Assembly (NCBI GenBank): GCA_029717555.1
Contig: JAMDHS010000065.1
Span: 1 to 64,000, forward strand
DNA: 64,000 nucleotides
Source of the DNA: Peribolospora baueri
Lineage: Eukaryota
Direction: 5' to 3'
Numbering within the stretch: the first letter of the stretch is position 1; each line of letters opens with the position of its first letter. Below the pieces are notes generated by a model, which saw nothing but the letters and a program-made list of their open reading frames with translations, searched no databases and was not told where the DNA came from. Positions 26,414-37,588 of this stretch are shown here, piece by piece. The translations under genes were made by a program, and so were the position numbers.

Positions 26414-26594
26414 CTTCGATCGTGGACGTGTGGCGGGGATCCCTGGCGGTCGGTTAAAAAACTGGACGCGCAAGGGGTCTGCGATGCCCGGCTTGGCACG
26501 GTGCCTTTCGTTACGACCAACCAACCGCACCCATCGTTCAGGTCCGGACTCCACCAACAGAAGATGACATTGCGATGCGATCGTCCCCTGACGT

Positions 26595-27222
26595 TCACCG
26601 CCAATGGACGGACATGACCCTCCTTCCCACGCCCGCCTCAATATCTCTCACCGTCTCCACCGTCCCGCCGCGTTCGCGCACTGACTTGGTGAACGCCTCC
26701 ACGTCGCCTCCGACGCCGAAGTAGAGTAGTTTGGCGGCGATCAGGCAGAGCGTCCCATCGGCATCACTTCCCTCCTTTTCGCGTTTTTCCGCCTCAATCG
26801 ACCTTTCCCCCGCGGTGGCCGTTGACGAGTCCGCGAGCGTTGCAGCAGCCAAACGCGAAGCGACGAGACGAGTCGGATCCACCGACACCGCTGCCGAGTG
26901 GGACGGGGAAGGGGGGGCAGAAGACGAAGGCCGACAAGTGCGTTGCAATACGTCCAGCAGAGAGGGTAGGCTGTCGGTCCTGTATATCGTCTCTGAGCTC
27001 AGCACGACGTCGTACGTGGGTGGTGGCGAACGTGGCGAGTTCGTGTTCGTGTTCGTGACCTTGTCGTCAATTTGACGGGCGCGAAAAGCATCGGCGACGT
27101 CGAAGCCCTCCCATGACCCCGCCCAAAGACCTAGCTCGATGCCTCTTTCTTGCAGCGACGCCTTGAAAGCGGCGACGAGGTCAGGCGTCAGTTCTAGTTC
27201 TCCTGGCTGGCTGTATTCCAAA

Positions 27223-27253
<31 letters not shown>

Positions 27254-28683
27254 GCGCCGGCGACGGTACCGATGACGATGGCGCCGGCCGTGATGAAGGG
27301 GCTGAAGCGGTACCATCCGTCACCGCCACGTCCTCTACTTCTCCTTCCTCCTCGTCGTCATTGTCGTTGTCGCGCGAATGGTTAGGATGAGCCGAAGATG
27401 TCGTCGACATGAGCGCCGATCCATGGCCGGGGGAAGAGCGGAAGGCTTTAGAGGCGGGGGAAAAATACCATGTGAGGACGATATTGGGGAGGGTGACCTG
27501 AAGAAATGAAAGAAAAAAAATGAAATGAAATGGCGACATGCGCGTACGCAGATGCGACGGTGTGGACGAGGCAGATTTTTTGGCGTGAGCGCCTTTTCTC
27601 GGGTGGAAAAGAGAGGGAGGGGCGGAGGAAAGGAAAGCTCACCAGCCGCAAAACGTGCTCGTTGAAGTCGGAAAGGTGAACGCGAGTGAGGAGAGGGCCT
27701 TTACCGCCACGGTCGCCGTCGCCGTGACGGGCGGACGAAGAGCAGGGTGATGGGGGTGGGAGGGAGAAAAGTTGTCGGAGGAGGAAGAGGGTAGGCATTG
27801 CAGAGCCGCATCCGAGCTGGGTGTTCCGTTGTGAGATTGGAGGTGGACAGGAAAAGGAAAGGAGAGGAAGAGGAGATAGGTGGTGGGGTCATGTGCAGTC
27901 AGATTGGAATGTTATGAGCAAGAATGCGCTTGTGAAAAAAGGGCAGATGTATGGGAGACCAGCAATACTTGAAAACGAAGAAACGGAAAATAGAACGCAC
28001 CTCGAGGATGCTCTTTCCTCTGACCCAAGCCCAATCCGTTCCTCTTTCCGCGCCCCCGGTCCTCCGCTTCCCCTTGCCCTCCGTCTCGTCAGCATCGACG
28101 CTGTCAGCCAAAACGGAGACGAGGTCTAAGCTAGCCTCCCAGGTCTTGAGCCCGCCCTCATATACTCCAGGGACGAGGTCTGACGCCGAGTTAATGAAGG
28201 ACGGCGAAGAGGTCGAGGCATTTGCGGAGACTGCGGCGTTGTCGTCGTCGTCCGACGCCATGAGTTGGAAGCGGACGTCGAAGAGATCTCGGCGGTGGAG
28301 AGTGGTCGTGCGTCCTCGCGCGCTCGGGTAGGGCAGGGGCTCGGAGAGCGCAGACGAAGCGGGACGTAGGGGTATGTGCAGGGGCGTGTATGATATGAGA
28401 GGAGGGAGGGAGCGGAGCTGACGAGGCGACGCACGGAAAGGTGAGAAGAGACGTTGGCAGGTACGGACTACATGGTGAAGGCCATGACACGACGGAATAC
28501 ATGCCCGCTCACCTCCTCGTCCAGGTCTAATCTCGAACAGGCGCTTGCCGAAGGGGCGCCGCCTCCAGCGCTGGGCGAGGATGACGAGTGGTCAGCTCGG
28601 TCGTTCGGCTGGGTGCGCGCGAAGGCATGGTTGGCAAGAATGTCGTGGTCGAGATCGTTTTCGTCAATGTCGAAGTTGAACAT
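26595..28683 (-). CDS. HPM1: Histidine protein methyltransferase 1 (METTL18-like)
   Basis: RRDLFDVRFQLM, DLVPGVYEGGLKTWEASLDL, SAM motif ILELGCGSAMP, DFNEHVL, YDVVLSSETIY and AAKLLYFGVGG. Confidence 0.92.
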
Positions 28684-28884
28684 GCTTGACCTCCGTTTCC
28701 CTTCCTTTGCTTTCCTTATCTTTTCTTCCTCCCCTCACTCTCGAGCAAGAAGGGACGCCGTAGGAGAAGACAAGCCGGAGAAAGACTGCGGATCGACGAC
28801 GTGCATGGAGTCACGTGGTCAGTGTGTCATACGCTCCGGCCTTGATCATGCCTGTTTTGCCTTAACTGGATCGAGCAGGGCCGC

Positions 28885-28918
28885 GCCTGGCCCGGCCGTG
28901 GGCCTGGCCCGGCCGTGG
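28885..28918. repeat. Perfect 17-bp tandem duplication in the HPM1/TOK1 divergent promoter
   Basis: GCCTGGCCCGGCCGTGG x2 (28885-28901 and 28902-28918). Confidence 0.85.
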
Positions 28919-29058
28919 CGCGAGGGGAAGATGGCGACGAGACGGGAGGATATCCAAGTTATGGGCGGATGTCATGTCTCACCTCGCTCGCCCACCACTG
29001 ACCATATGGGCCCCAGCTTGTCTCCCCCAGCTCTCTCTTCCAGCTCTTCCCGACGGAC

Positions 29059-32000
29059 ATGAGCCCCCTTCCTTCCTCGCTGGCGGGCATGTCGGCCAAG
29101 AACGGACGTAGCAGCCGAACGGATGGGACCAGCGCATGGGACGATCTTCCTTTATCAGGTGGTAGTGCCCGCCCGAGTGGAAGGCCGACACAAGACGGAG
29201 AAGAGAATGATGGTTTCGGCGAGAAGGACCCCAGAGGGCCACGGAACGAGGAGCAGCGGGACGAGAGCGGCGACAAAGCGGACGCAGAGGAGGAGGGCGA
29301 AGGAACCAGGGCAGCGGAAAGCGACTTGGTGCGCGACATTGAGGACGAGGAAGAGGCAGAGAGGGCGACTCGGAGGGTGGAGAGGAGGCAAACGAAGGAG
29401 GAGGAGAGAGAGAAGGAGGGGGAGGAGGGGTGGAAGGGGCGTAGCGGTCAACAGGAGCGAAGGGAGGGTGTCCATGGCCGTGGCGAAGGAAGAGGTGTTG
29501 TGCGAGAAAGCGACCAAGGCTTCGCAGCCTCATCCGACGTTGAAGGAGGGGTGGGTGGCGAAGGAGGACGCTCGGACGAGGACGATGGCGATGAAGAGGC
29601 GATACGCCATCAGGAGGAGGAGGCATGTTGGGAGCTGCCCGTGTACCGCAAGTTGCCTATTCTTACCGGAATATTGGCGCCTTTCTCCATCTTACTCGAG
29701 GTGAGCCGAGACCGGGCGCCCGGAGAGCGAGCCAAACCAAACCAGGTTGCTCGCTTCCGAGTAGGTGAACAGTGGTCGAGGACAGGATGAAGGTGCATTT
29801 CATATCTCGACTTCCTTCCCCTTCTTTCTGCTTTTCATCGTCTCCATTGTGTTTGTCCACGTAGGTCCCAGGACTCACGGAGCATGTAAGTCTTTGTCTG
29901 TCGTCTGTCAGGCGCCCCGCCCAACTTGAGGGGTAGGTCGCATCTATAGGAGTGCGGAGCTCATACTGCCGCGCTCACCTCTCTTTATTCCATCTCGTCC
30001 ACGTCCGCCCCTCACTCCAGTGGTCTGTCCATACCGAAAACGGCCACCCCGTGCAATATCACCCTAATCCGCCTCTGCTGGGCGTAGCCCTAGCACTATC
30101 CATTGTCTCCGCCGTGCTCGCCAATACTTGCATCATCCTCCGCTTTCTCGAGCGGAGGACCTTCGTCGGGCCTGAAGGACACACTTTGGCCGCCGTGTTG
30201 TTCTTTTTCGCGCACGACTCCATTAATACAGCCGCCTTGATTACCTTCGGAATTATGTACGTTGACGAGGGCAATGCTGGATCGTTTGTCGTCCTTGTTG
30301 AAGCCTATGATTGTACAGTTTATTTGCACCGCTCACTCGCATGCGTTCTGCCACACCTCCTTCCGCCTCTTCAGCCATGCCACGAACGACGGCTTCACCT
30401 ACTCCGAAGCTTACTGGATGACGCTGGCCTCCACCGCCGCCTCGCTTGCCGCAACTGGGACGCTGTTGATAGACTATGTTATCACTAAGGGTTTCGACCG
30501 AGCCGGCAGCGGCCTGACACGCAAACAGAGGGAGCTTCTCATTGTCGTTATGCTCCTCCTCGCCGACCTCGCTTTGGGCAGCCTGTCCTACGAATATTTG
30601 ATTGGCCTCAACTTCGTGAGGCAGCTCGTCTCCTCCTCTCACCCCACCCCGGGGCCCGTAAGGGGTGGTTGGTGCCCATTCGCTTGCCTGCCGGGCATTT
30701 TGTTTATGCACACTCGTCGTCCTCGGCGCTTTGCAGGAAGATGCATTGTACTTCACCATATGCACCGTCACGACCGGTAAGCCAGCATGTCGTCCTCTCC
30801 TCTTTCGCTTCTCCCATCCACCTTCCGCGTTTTTCAACGGCTCGACTTTGTCTCCCGATCCGTCTCCGTCATGTCGCAGTCGGTTTCGGTGACTACTCTC
30901 CCAAAACCGTCGGAGCTCGCATATTTACCTTCTTTTATGCTTCAGCATCCATAATTCTCGTCGGTGAGCGGCAAGCCCCGATGGGAAGGACGTCTTGGGC
31001 TAGGCAGCTGGTCTCATATCTCCCGCACATCCGTATGCTTTCTTTGTTGGCATATCGCTCCGGTCGCTTTGCACAGGTTTGACCATCAACACGGCCCGGC
31101 AGACGCTCTTCGAAGTGTTTGAAGACAGGTAAGTTGACATTCCCTCATGTCTCTTCCTTTTCTCGCCTCTCCCCCTTTCTTTTCATCGTTCGTCTGCCCG
31201 TGCCGGCCTTCCTCTTGTTTCCCCTGGAACACCAAAATGTCCTTTCTCCTCTCGCCCATTCTTTCCTCCTGAGCAGCTACCGGAGACGTCGCGCGCTCTT
31301 TGAGCAACGTTACAAGGAGCGCCAGCACGAAAAGGAAGAGACCCGTCACCAACACGCCAATTTCCCTCGCCGCGTGAGCACTCACCTAGACCACAGGATG
31401 CGCCACCACCGATCCTCCATCATTGGAGGCGGAGCCAGAGCTGCCAAGGCCGCCGCCTTGCCCGCTGTCCTGGCCGCTGAGGCGGTGGCGAAGATTGTGA
31501 GCGGCGTTGCGAACGGCATGAAGAGCGCCATGGAGGGGTTGTCGACGGCTTCCAAGGGGGACGCAGAGGGTGAGGAAGAGGCTCAAACGAGCGAGAAGAG
31601 AGCAGAGGGAGAGGATCAGATGAGGGAGAAAGGAACTGATTTGGACTTGACTGAGGGTTGCCATCGCGAAGAGGAGGGAGATAGCAGTCGGGCGACGGGT
31701 CCGAGCGTCCCGATGAACATCGTCAACGGTGAGGTTCCCTCCCTGCGCAGCGGCGGCTCGCCCTCTCTATCTTACCCTGCCTCCATCCCTGATGGGGCGA
31801 GGCGAGAGGAAACTCGGGGCCGTTCTGGGATGCCAGACAGGGGCGGTGTTGTGACGGATTTCGACGAGAAGAAAGGCTCTCCGAAGAGCTCTGGTGATGT
31901 GACGTCATTGGATCGGTCGTCTCGGGAGTGTAGGCAGGAGGCTCAAAGGGGTGGAGATATGGAAGGAGAGGGGACGTCAGAAGCAGCAGCAGGAGCGGAG

Positions 32001-34039
32001 TCAGTGGGGCAAGGCGATGAGGCCTTCTCTGGCCTAACGGCAACCGTTCGCATTCAAGAAGACCTCGTCTTACAACATCGTAACCTGGAGCGCAGCTGGA
32101 AAGCTTTCAAGAAAAGGCTCAAGAACGAGGAGACGAACGAAACTGTGGCCAAAGTGCGTACTGACCTAATTCATGGGATCGTGTGGGATGAATTCCGTGA
32201 CGAGGTTTTACCCTCGTCGTACCGTCGGTCCATTGCGGCGGGTCGCCACTCTTCCGGCGTTGACACTGGGGCTGATTCCATTCCTGACGTCCCATCACCA
32301 TTGACCGCGACCCTCTGCGCACGTGTCCGCAGACCGCCGTTGCCTGGACGTTCTTCTTTGCCTTCTGGCTCATTGGGTTAGTTTGTGTCCCCTTCCAATT
32401 TTCCTTCTTCGGCCTTCCGTGTTTCGAACTTTGGTTGTTCAATGCTGTGGGCTGATTCTGACTTTCCATCCCTTGCGCTTCTCCAATCATGTCCCTCTCC
32501 GTACGCAAATGCGACGACCACAGCGCCTTGGCGTTCCATTTCACAGAGGGATGGACCTATTTTGAGGCTCTCTGGTTCTGCTTTGTGTTCTTCAGCACCA
32601 TAGATGAGTGTCTTTTCCTGTTTAACGGGTTTGAGGTAAATATGCAGCTGGGGTGGGCAGTACTTATCTGCTCGCTCCCTATCGTCTCTTCCGGCTTGCC
32701 TTGCTTTGGACTATCTCGCCTTTACGCTACGGAGAGTGAGTCTCACCTTTGCCCAGTCACTGCGCGAGATAGCTCGACTCTGATGCTTCATCTTTCCGTT
32801 GCTCGCCTCATCCTTTAGTCTGAGTCCTAAGAAAGGCGTACGTCTCATTCATGATGAGCTCGTCGTGTCGCCGAGTCGTTCAATGTCCTCTGACGCCCCG
32901 TATTTGTCTTTCACAGCCGAGCAGAGCATTTTTCATCGTTTGGTCCTTCTTCGGCATCTCCGTCCTCGCCATCCTCTTCGCCGTCATTCAAGATACATGG
33001 CAGGACACGTACGAACGGGCGCTCAGGTGAGCGGAGCGAACAGCTCACGCACGAGGACTTGGATTCACACAAGCCGGGACGCACTCTTACCATCCTGTTC
33101 TCGGTTTCAGCAAAGCCTCGCTATCTCGCGTCATGAAACGCCGGAAGGCGCGGTGTTCCAACTCTCACGGCGATTTTGATGATAATGGCAAGGGCAGGTC
33201 GGCCGAGCCGAGCAGAGATGCTGTCTCCGGGTCGCAGTATCGATCCGATAATGTCTCCTCCAGAGATCCGTCTACCTCAGAGGACAGCACGCTGGACAGC
33301 CTCCTTGGCTCGAGCGGAGAGGACTACATCAAGCGCTTCATGAGCGCTGCGGTCGCCTTCCATCACCACGCCGAGTACATTGTTTATGCCATCGATCCGC
33401 CCGTGTCGTTGGAAGGGTTCGTGGAGGGCACCGACGCTGCCAGGCATTTGGGGCAGATGGAGGAAGCAGGATTCAATGTTGCCGAGGTGAGGCATGCGTC
33501 TGATGGTTAGGCGTGGGACGATGGTCGACTGACTTGGAACGAACGTTTGCATTCGCCCATTATAGGATGAACCTGCTCGCAAGGTGAGTGCGAGAGTGGT
33601 GGTAAACGCGTCTCTCTCTTGATGCGATATCGTTGGTTACGGACCGGTCCCCGTCATTGCTATCTTTTCTGACTCGTCCGATGCGTCGTCTGGACAGGCC
33701 TTCTTCGTCCTTAGCTACGCGGAGCAGCTCAGCTATCTAATCAAGCACCAAGACGAGCTCCTGAGCATGCTAAGGAAACAGCGTGCTGAGCTGGTGCGCC
33801 AGCGTGCGCTCGTCAGGGAGCAGCAGCAACATAAGAGGACCTTTTCGGGAAGCGAACCTTCCTCTGGTCGGCTTTCCTCTGGTGGCCGAGCATCGGTGGA
33901 CGGGCCAGGCCGGAAGCTGGGGGCTAGGGTGGAGAAGGAACTTTTTCGACAGCGGCTTGCACAGGATGAGGAGGAGGATGAGGAGGACGAGGAGGATGAA
34001 GACGACGTCGCTGTGGAGAGCAGCGAAAGAAGGCCCTAG
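29059..34039 (+). CDS. TOK1: Two-pore, 8-TM outward-rectifier potassium channel
   Basis: Eight hydrophobic helices; pore 1 ALYFTICTVTTVGFGDYSPKTVGARIF; pore 2 GWTYFEALWFCFVFFSTIGYGDLSPKKGPSRAFFIVW (needs the AT-AC intron). 3' end somewhat uncertain. Confidence 0.92.
32604..32725 (+). other. Non-canonical AT-AC intron (122 nt) in TOK1 pore 2
   Basis: ACC ATA G|atgagtgt ... ctcgcctttac|GC TAC GGA GA|gtgagt; removal yields T-I-G-Y-G-D. Confidence 0.85.
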
Positions 34040-34700
34040 TGTGCGGGTTGCCATCCCCACAAATGCAAATGCCAGGCGGGGCCGCGGACAGGGTGGCCCT
34101 CCAGCACAGTTTGAGGCTTTCTCCATCCCATGGCGGCGGCAGAGGCAGGAGTCATGGGGCCCCATATGAGCGAGTTCGCTGCTAAGGCGGGGGAGGTGAC
34201 TTCGTTCCGTCGCAACGCCCTTTCGTCTTCTTCGTCGTCCGGTTATATTTCGCCGCCCCTCAGATCGGCGCCACCAGGAGTGCGGCATAAGAGTGCTCTC
34301 TTGCTCGATCCATACCGTTTCAGAAGAAACATGCGGGCCCTCCATCTGCTGGTACCTTGGGCATGTACTTTACCTCCTACCCTATTTATTGTATGAGTAT
34401 CGCCGGAAATCCCATACAGACGGGCCGGCTTCGAAGTCAAGTGGGATCTGTTTATGGATGTAAGCAGATGAACCCACACCCATGAGTGATCCCTTTAGTA
34501 GACGTCCGAGAGAGCTGATCTCGAGGCACAGGGGCAGGTACGGTCGAAGACGAGACGAAAAATTGTTCGTCCTAAAAAGTTCTAAAGATACAAGCGTGTG
34601 TGGAGTGAGTCCTCTCTCGAAAAAGATGTTTCTAAGGAAGGATGCGCCCGACCGAATGAGGTGCACAAGAGTAGGACGGTCGTACCGTCGACAGACACGT

Positions 34701-37316
34701 TCAGCTCCACCCATCGATGCTGCCGAACGTCCTATGCTCGAGAAGCCTACACCCGTTCCCTCTTCCCTCCGTCTCCCTGCGCTCCCCTCCCGTACCCGCT
34801 CCTCCTCTCCCGTCTCCATCCTTAGTGGCACCGGCCGACTTGGAGGCTCGTACGGAAGAAGGCGCGTTCCCGTCTTTGTCTCTTGCCCTTCCCTTGCCCT
34901 TCAAGTCCCGCTCCGTCCGCTCCTTCTCGCCAAACTCGTCTTTCTCCTCCGTCATCCCCCGTGACGGGGACAAAGGCGCGGACTTGTTGTCGTCATCGAG
35001 CGAGATCAGGTACCACCCACCCGATGACGTGAGGGCGACGAGCCTGTACTCCGACCGTCCCTCCACCTCCTCACCTCGTCCCTCTTCCTCCCATTTGACC
35101 GTTCCCTTCTCGTCGGCCTTCCTTCCGTCTCCGGCCGCAACCCAAGCGATCACGGCCGCCTCTTCCTTCGCCACCTCCGCATTCGGCGCCATACCCCTCC
35201 TCAGCTCTTCCACTCGACCTCCTACGGCACCCAGCTTGGAGAAGTCAAAATCAAAGTTGGAGGTAAAGTGGGCGGGCGAGAGACGGGAGCGGTGAGTGTG
35301 GTCCGTGCTAGATTGGCGCTCCTCGCCCCCTTGCCCCGTGCCCATACCCTCGCTGGTGAGAGTCGCTGCGGCGGGAGAAGCAGAAGCAGAAGAAGGTCGT
35401 GTGGAGGAGGGGAAGACCTGAAGAGGTAGGCGAAATTGAGCATAAGACCATTCCGAGTGGAAGTAGCGTGGTAAGGGGACAGGGAGGTAGGGGGTTAGAC
35501 GGTGGAGGGGCGATTGGAGGTTGCTGTGTGGGAGAGACAGATAAGCGAAAGGTGGAATACGATGATCGATGAGCAAGTGTCCTTACGATGAACGAAGACG
35601 TGTCTGTGAGCCAAAACCCACCTCGATCCTTTTCGGCCATCCTCCTCCTTTCGCCCTCCGCCCTTCTCTTTCCCCTCTCCCTTCCCGGTGCTACTGCCAG
35701 TATCACCTCGATTCCCTCCCTCTGCCGACCCTCCGAGGCCCCAGATGTGCACCGTGCCCTTGTCCGAGCAAGCCGCGATCCTCTCGCCGTCCTGACAGAA
35801 GCTTACGCTAAGAATGCTCGCCGAGTCTGTCCCCCTACGCAGCTCCTTGCGCAGCACCGCCGGAGGCGCGGAAATCGTGTACGAGGATCGATGAGAAGGC
35901 TTCGATGCTGCCTTGGAAGAGGACGGGGAAGGAGGTATAACCACTCCGGTTGCCCAGACACGAAGGAGGGTGCCTTTCTTGGAAGCTGTGGCGAGGAGCG
36001 TTCCGGCGTCATTGAGGGTGATCGAGGACAGTGGAGAGGAGTGAGCGACGATGATAGATACCACCGGGTGGGCTAGCACTAGAGTCATTGTTGGTGTTAG
36101 GCCAGAGGGAGATGCGACGTCGTCTTGCGCGGAGCCGGGGGGACTTAGAGGCAGGCGGACTAGTTGGACATGACCTTGTTGTCGGCCTGGGAGCGCGAGG
36201 AGAGCGATCTGAGGGTGCTGCGTGTAACTGAGCGCAACTAGACCTAGATGCGTTCCCGGTCGATAGAGCATAAACGAGAAATCATTGGTTAAGAGCACCA
36301 CGGGGATCGACTGCGAGATAGATGCAAGAATGCGAAGATGGCCGTTGCCACTTACCTGCATCGTTGTCCACCGTCTCGTACACCACGCGTCTGACAATTT
36401 CTATCCTCACACCCGTCCTCGCGGACCTACCGGTGCTCCTCTTCCCTCTTCCCTTGCCCTTCGCCCCAGGCGCTCCTCCGCTTCCCGACGTCGTCGCACC
36501 CTCATCGAGGCGCTCGACCATCTCAAACACGCTGACACGACTTCTCGTCGCCACGGCAAGAAGCACATTGCCGGGGTGACGCTTTGTCCTCGTTCTCCTT
36601 GGCCGCTGAGCCGTCGAAACGGATTGAGTTGTGTCCACGCCCGTGCCGGAGACGGCTGATGCTTGTCGATGAGCAGTGATATCAGGTCCATGGGGGATAG
36701 AAGGCGGAAGCGGAGGAGGTAAAGGCAAAGGAAAACGTCTAACTGCCAGACCTCTGACGGTCTCTCCAAACTCTAGGGATGCCACTTCTTTTCCTTTCCC
36801 CTTCTTTGGTGTCCTCTCTCGCTCCTCGCCCTCAGCCGCGGCATCGGACAGAGCGCCTTCATCTCCAAGCGCAGCAGAAGGAGACGAAGGTGCGCCGAGA
36901 CTTTCGTCCCATATGATAACCTTGTTCGGAGCGTACCGGGGCACCCGGCCGCCTCCGACGAGGAAGAGCAGGTTGGAGCGGTGGAGGGGCACGCATAGGT
37001 GTAGGCCGCCTTGCTCTTCGGAAAAGTCTGTCGAGACGCGTTGGATGCGCCGTGCGGTGGTCAACAGTGGGCAGAGATAGACGAGCGGATGGCAGGCATC
37101 AGCAACGCATGCCTCATATGGGGGGACGATACAATGGCGAAAGAGAGATGAAAACGCACCGACGCGCCTGAGTATCGTAAGCGGGTTGGTCCGGCCGACC
37201 AGCCAGCCGGTCGGAGTGGCGCAGGCGAACAGGTCACGCTCGGGCTGGTTGAAGGAAGCGTTGGAGAAGAGAGCCGAAGGACGGTCTGTGGTGAGGGTGT
37301 GTCGGGGGAGGTTCAT
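34701..37316 (-). CDS. HSV2: PROPPIN phosphoinositide-binding WD40 protein (Hsv2/WIPI3-4 type)
   Basis: SFNQ, SNLLFLVGGGRVPRYAPNKVIIWD, IIVAHSSPLS...GTLLATASKKGTLLRVW, lipid-binding ELRRGTD, SDKGTVHIW and LPRYFHSEWSYAQFRLP. Confidence 0.92.
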
Positions 37317-37588
37317 CGGACCACGGGGAGGAAGAGAGGGGAGGGGAGGAAGGTGGAAGTGAACTCCTATTGCGTCGAAGTTTAAGCGCGCCGGCTTGGC
37401 TCTTATCGACCCCAGGTAGTTATCCACTACCACGTGGTCGACACGTGGGCGGCACCGCGGCAATGACCATCAGCACTACGATAAATGAAACGACAGACCG
37501 GGAGGACGACCTCCTGAAAGCGTCTTAGCAGTCTCAGAACACTTTTATTCTCCACGACATCCCTATGGAAGAAACAACGGTCTACCGC

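Noticed and set aside
32604..32640. Alternative reading through ATA GAT GAG... to the GT donor at ~32636
   Set aside because: It would replace the filter with TIDECLFL and no AG acceptor precedes GCTACGGAGA, so the GYGD motif is lost.
32851..32893. ATGATGA ... CTGA in a TOK1 intron, like C/D snoRNA boxes
   Set aside because: Span is only ~43 nt and the CTGAC is better explained as the branch point.
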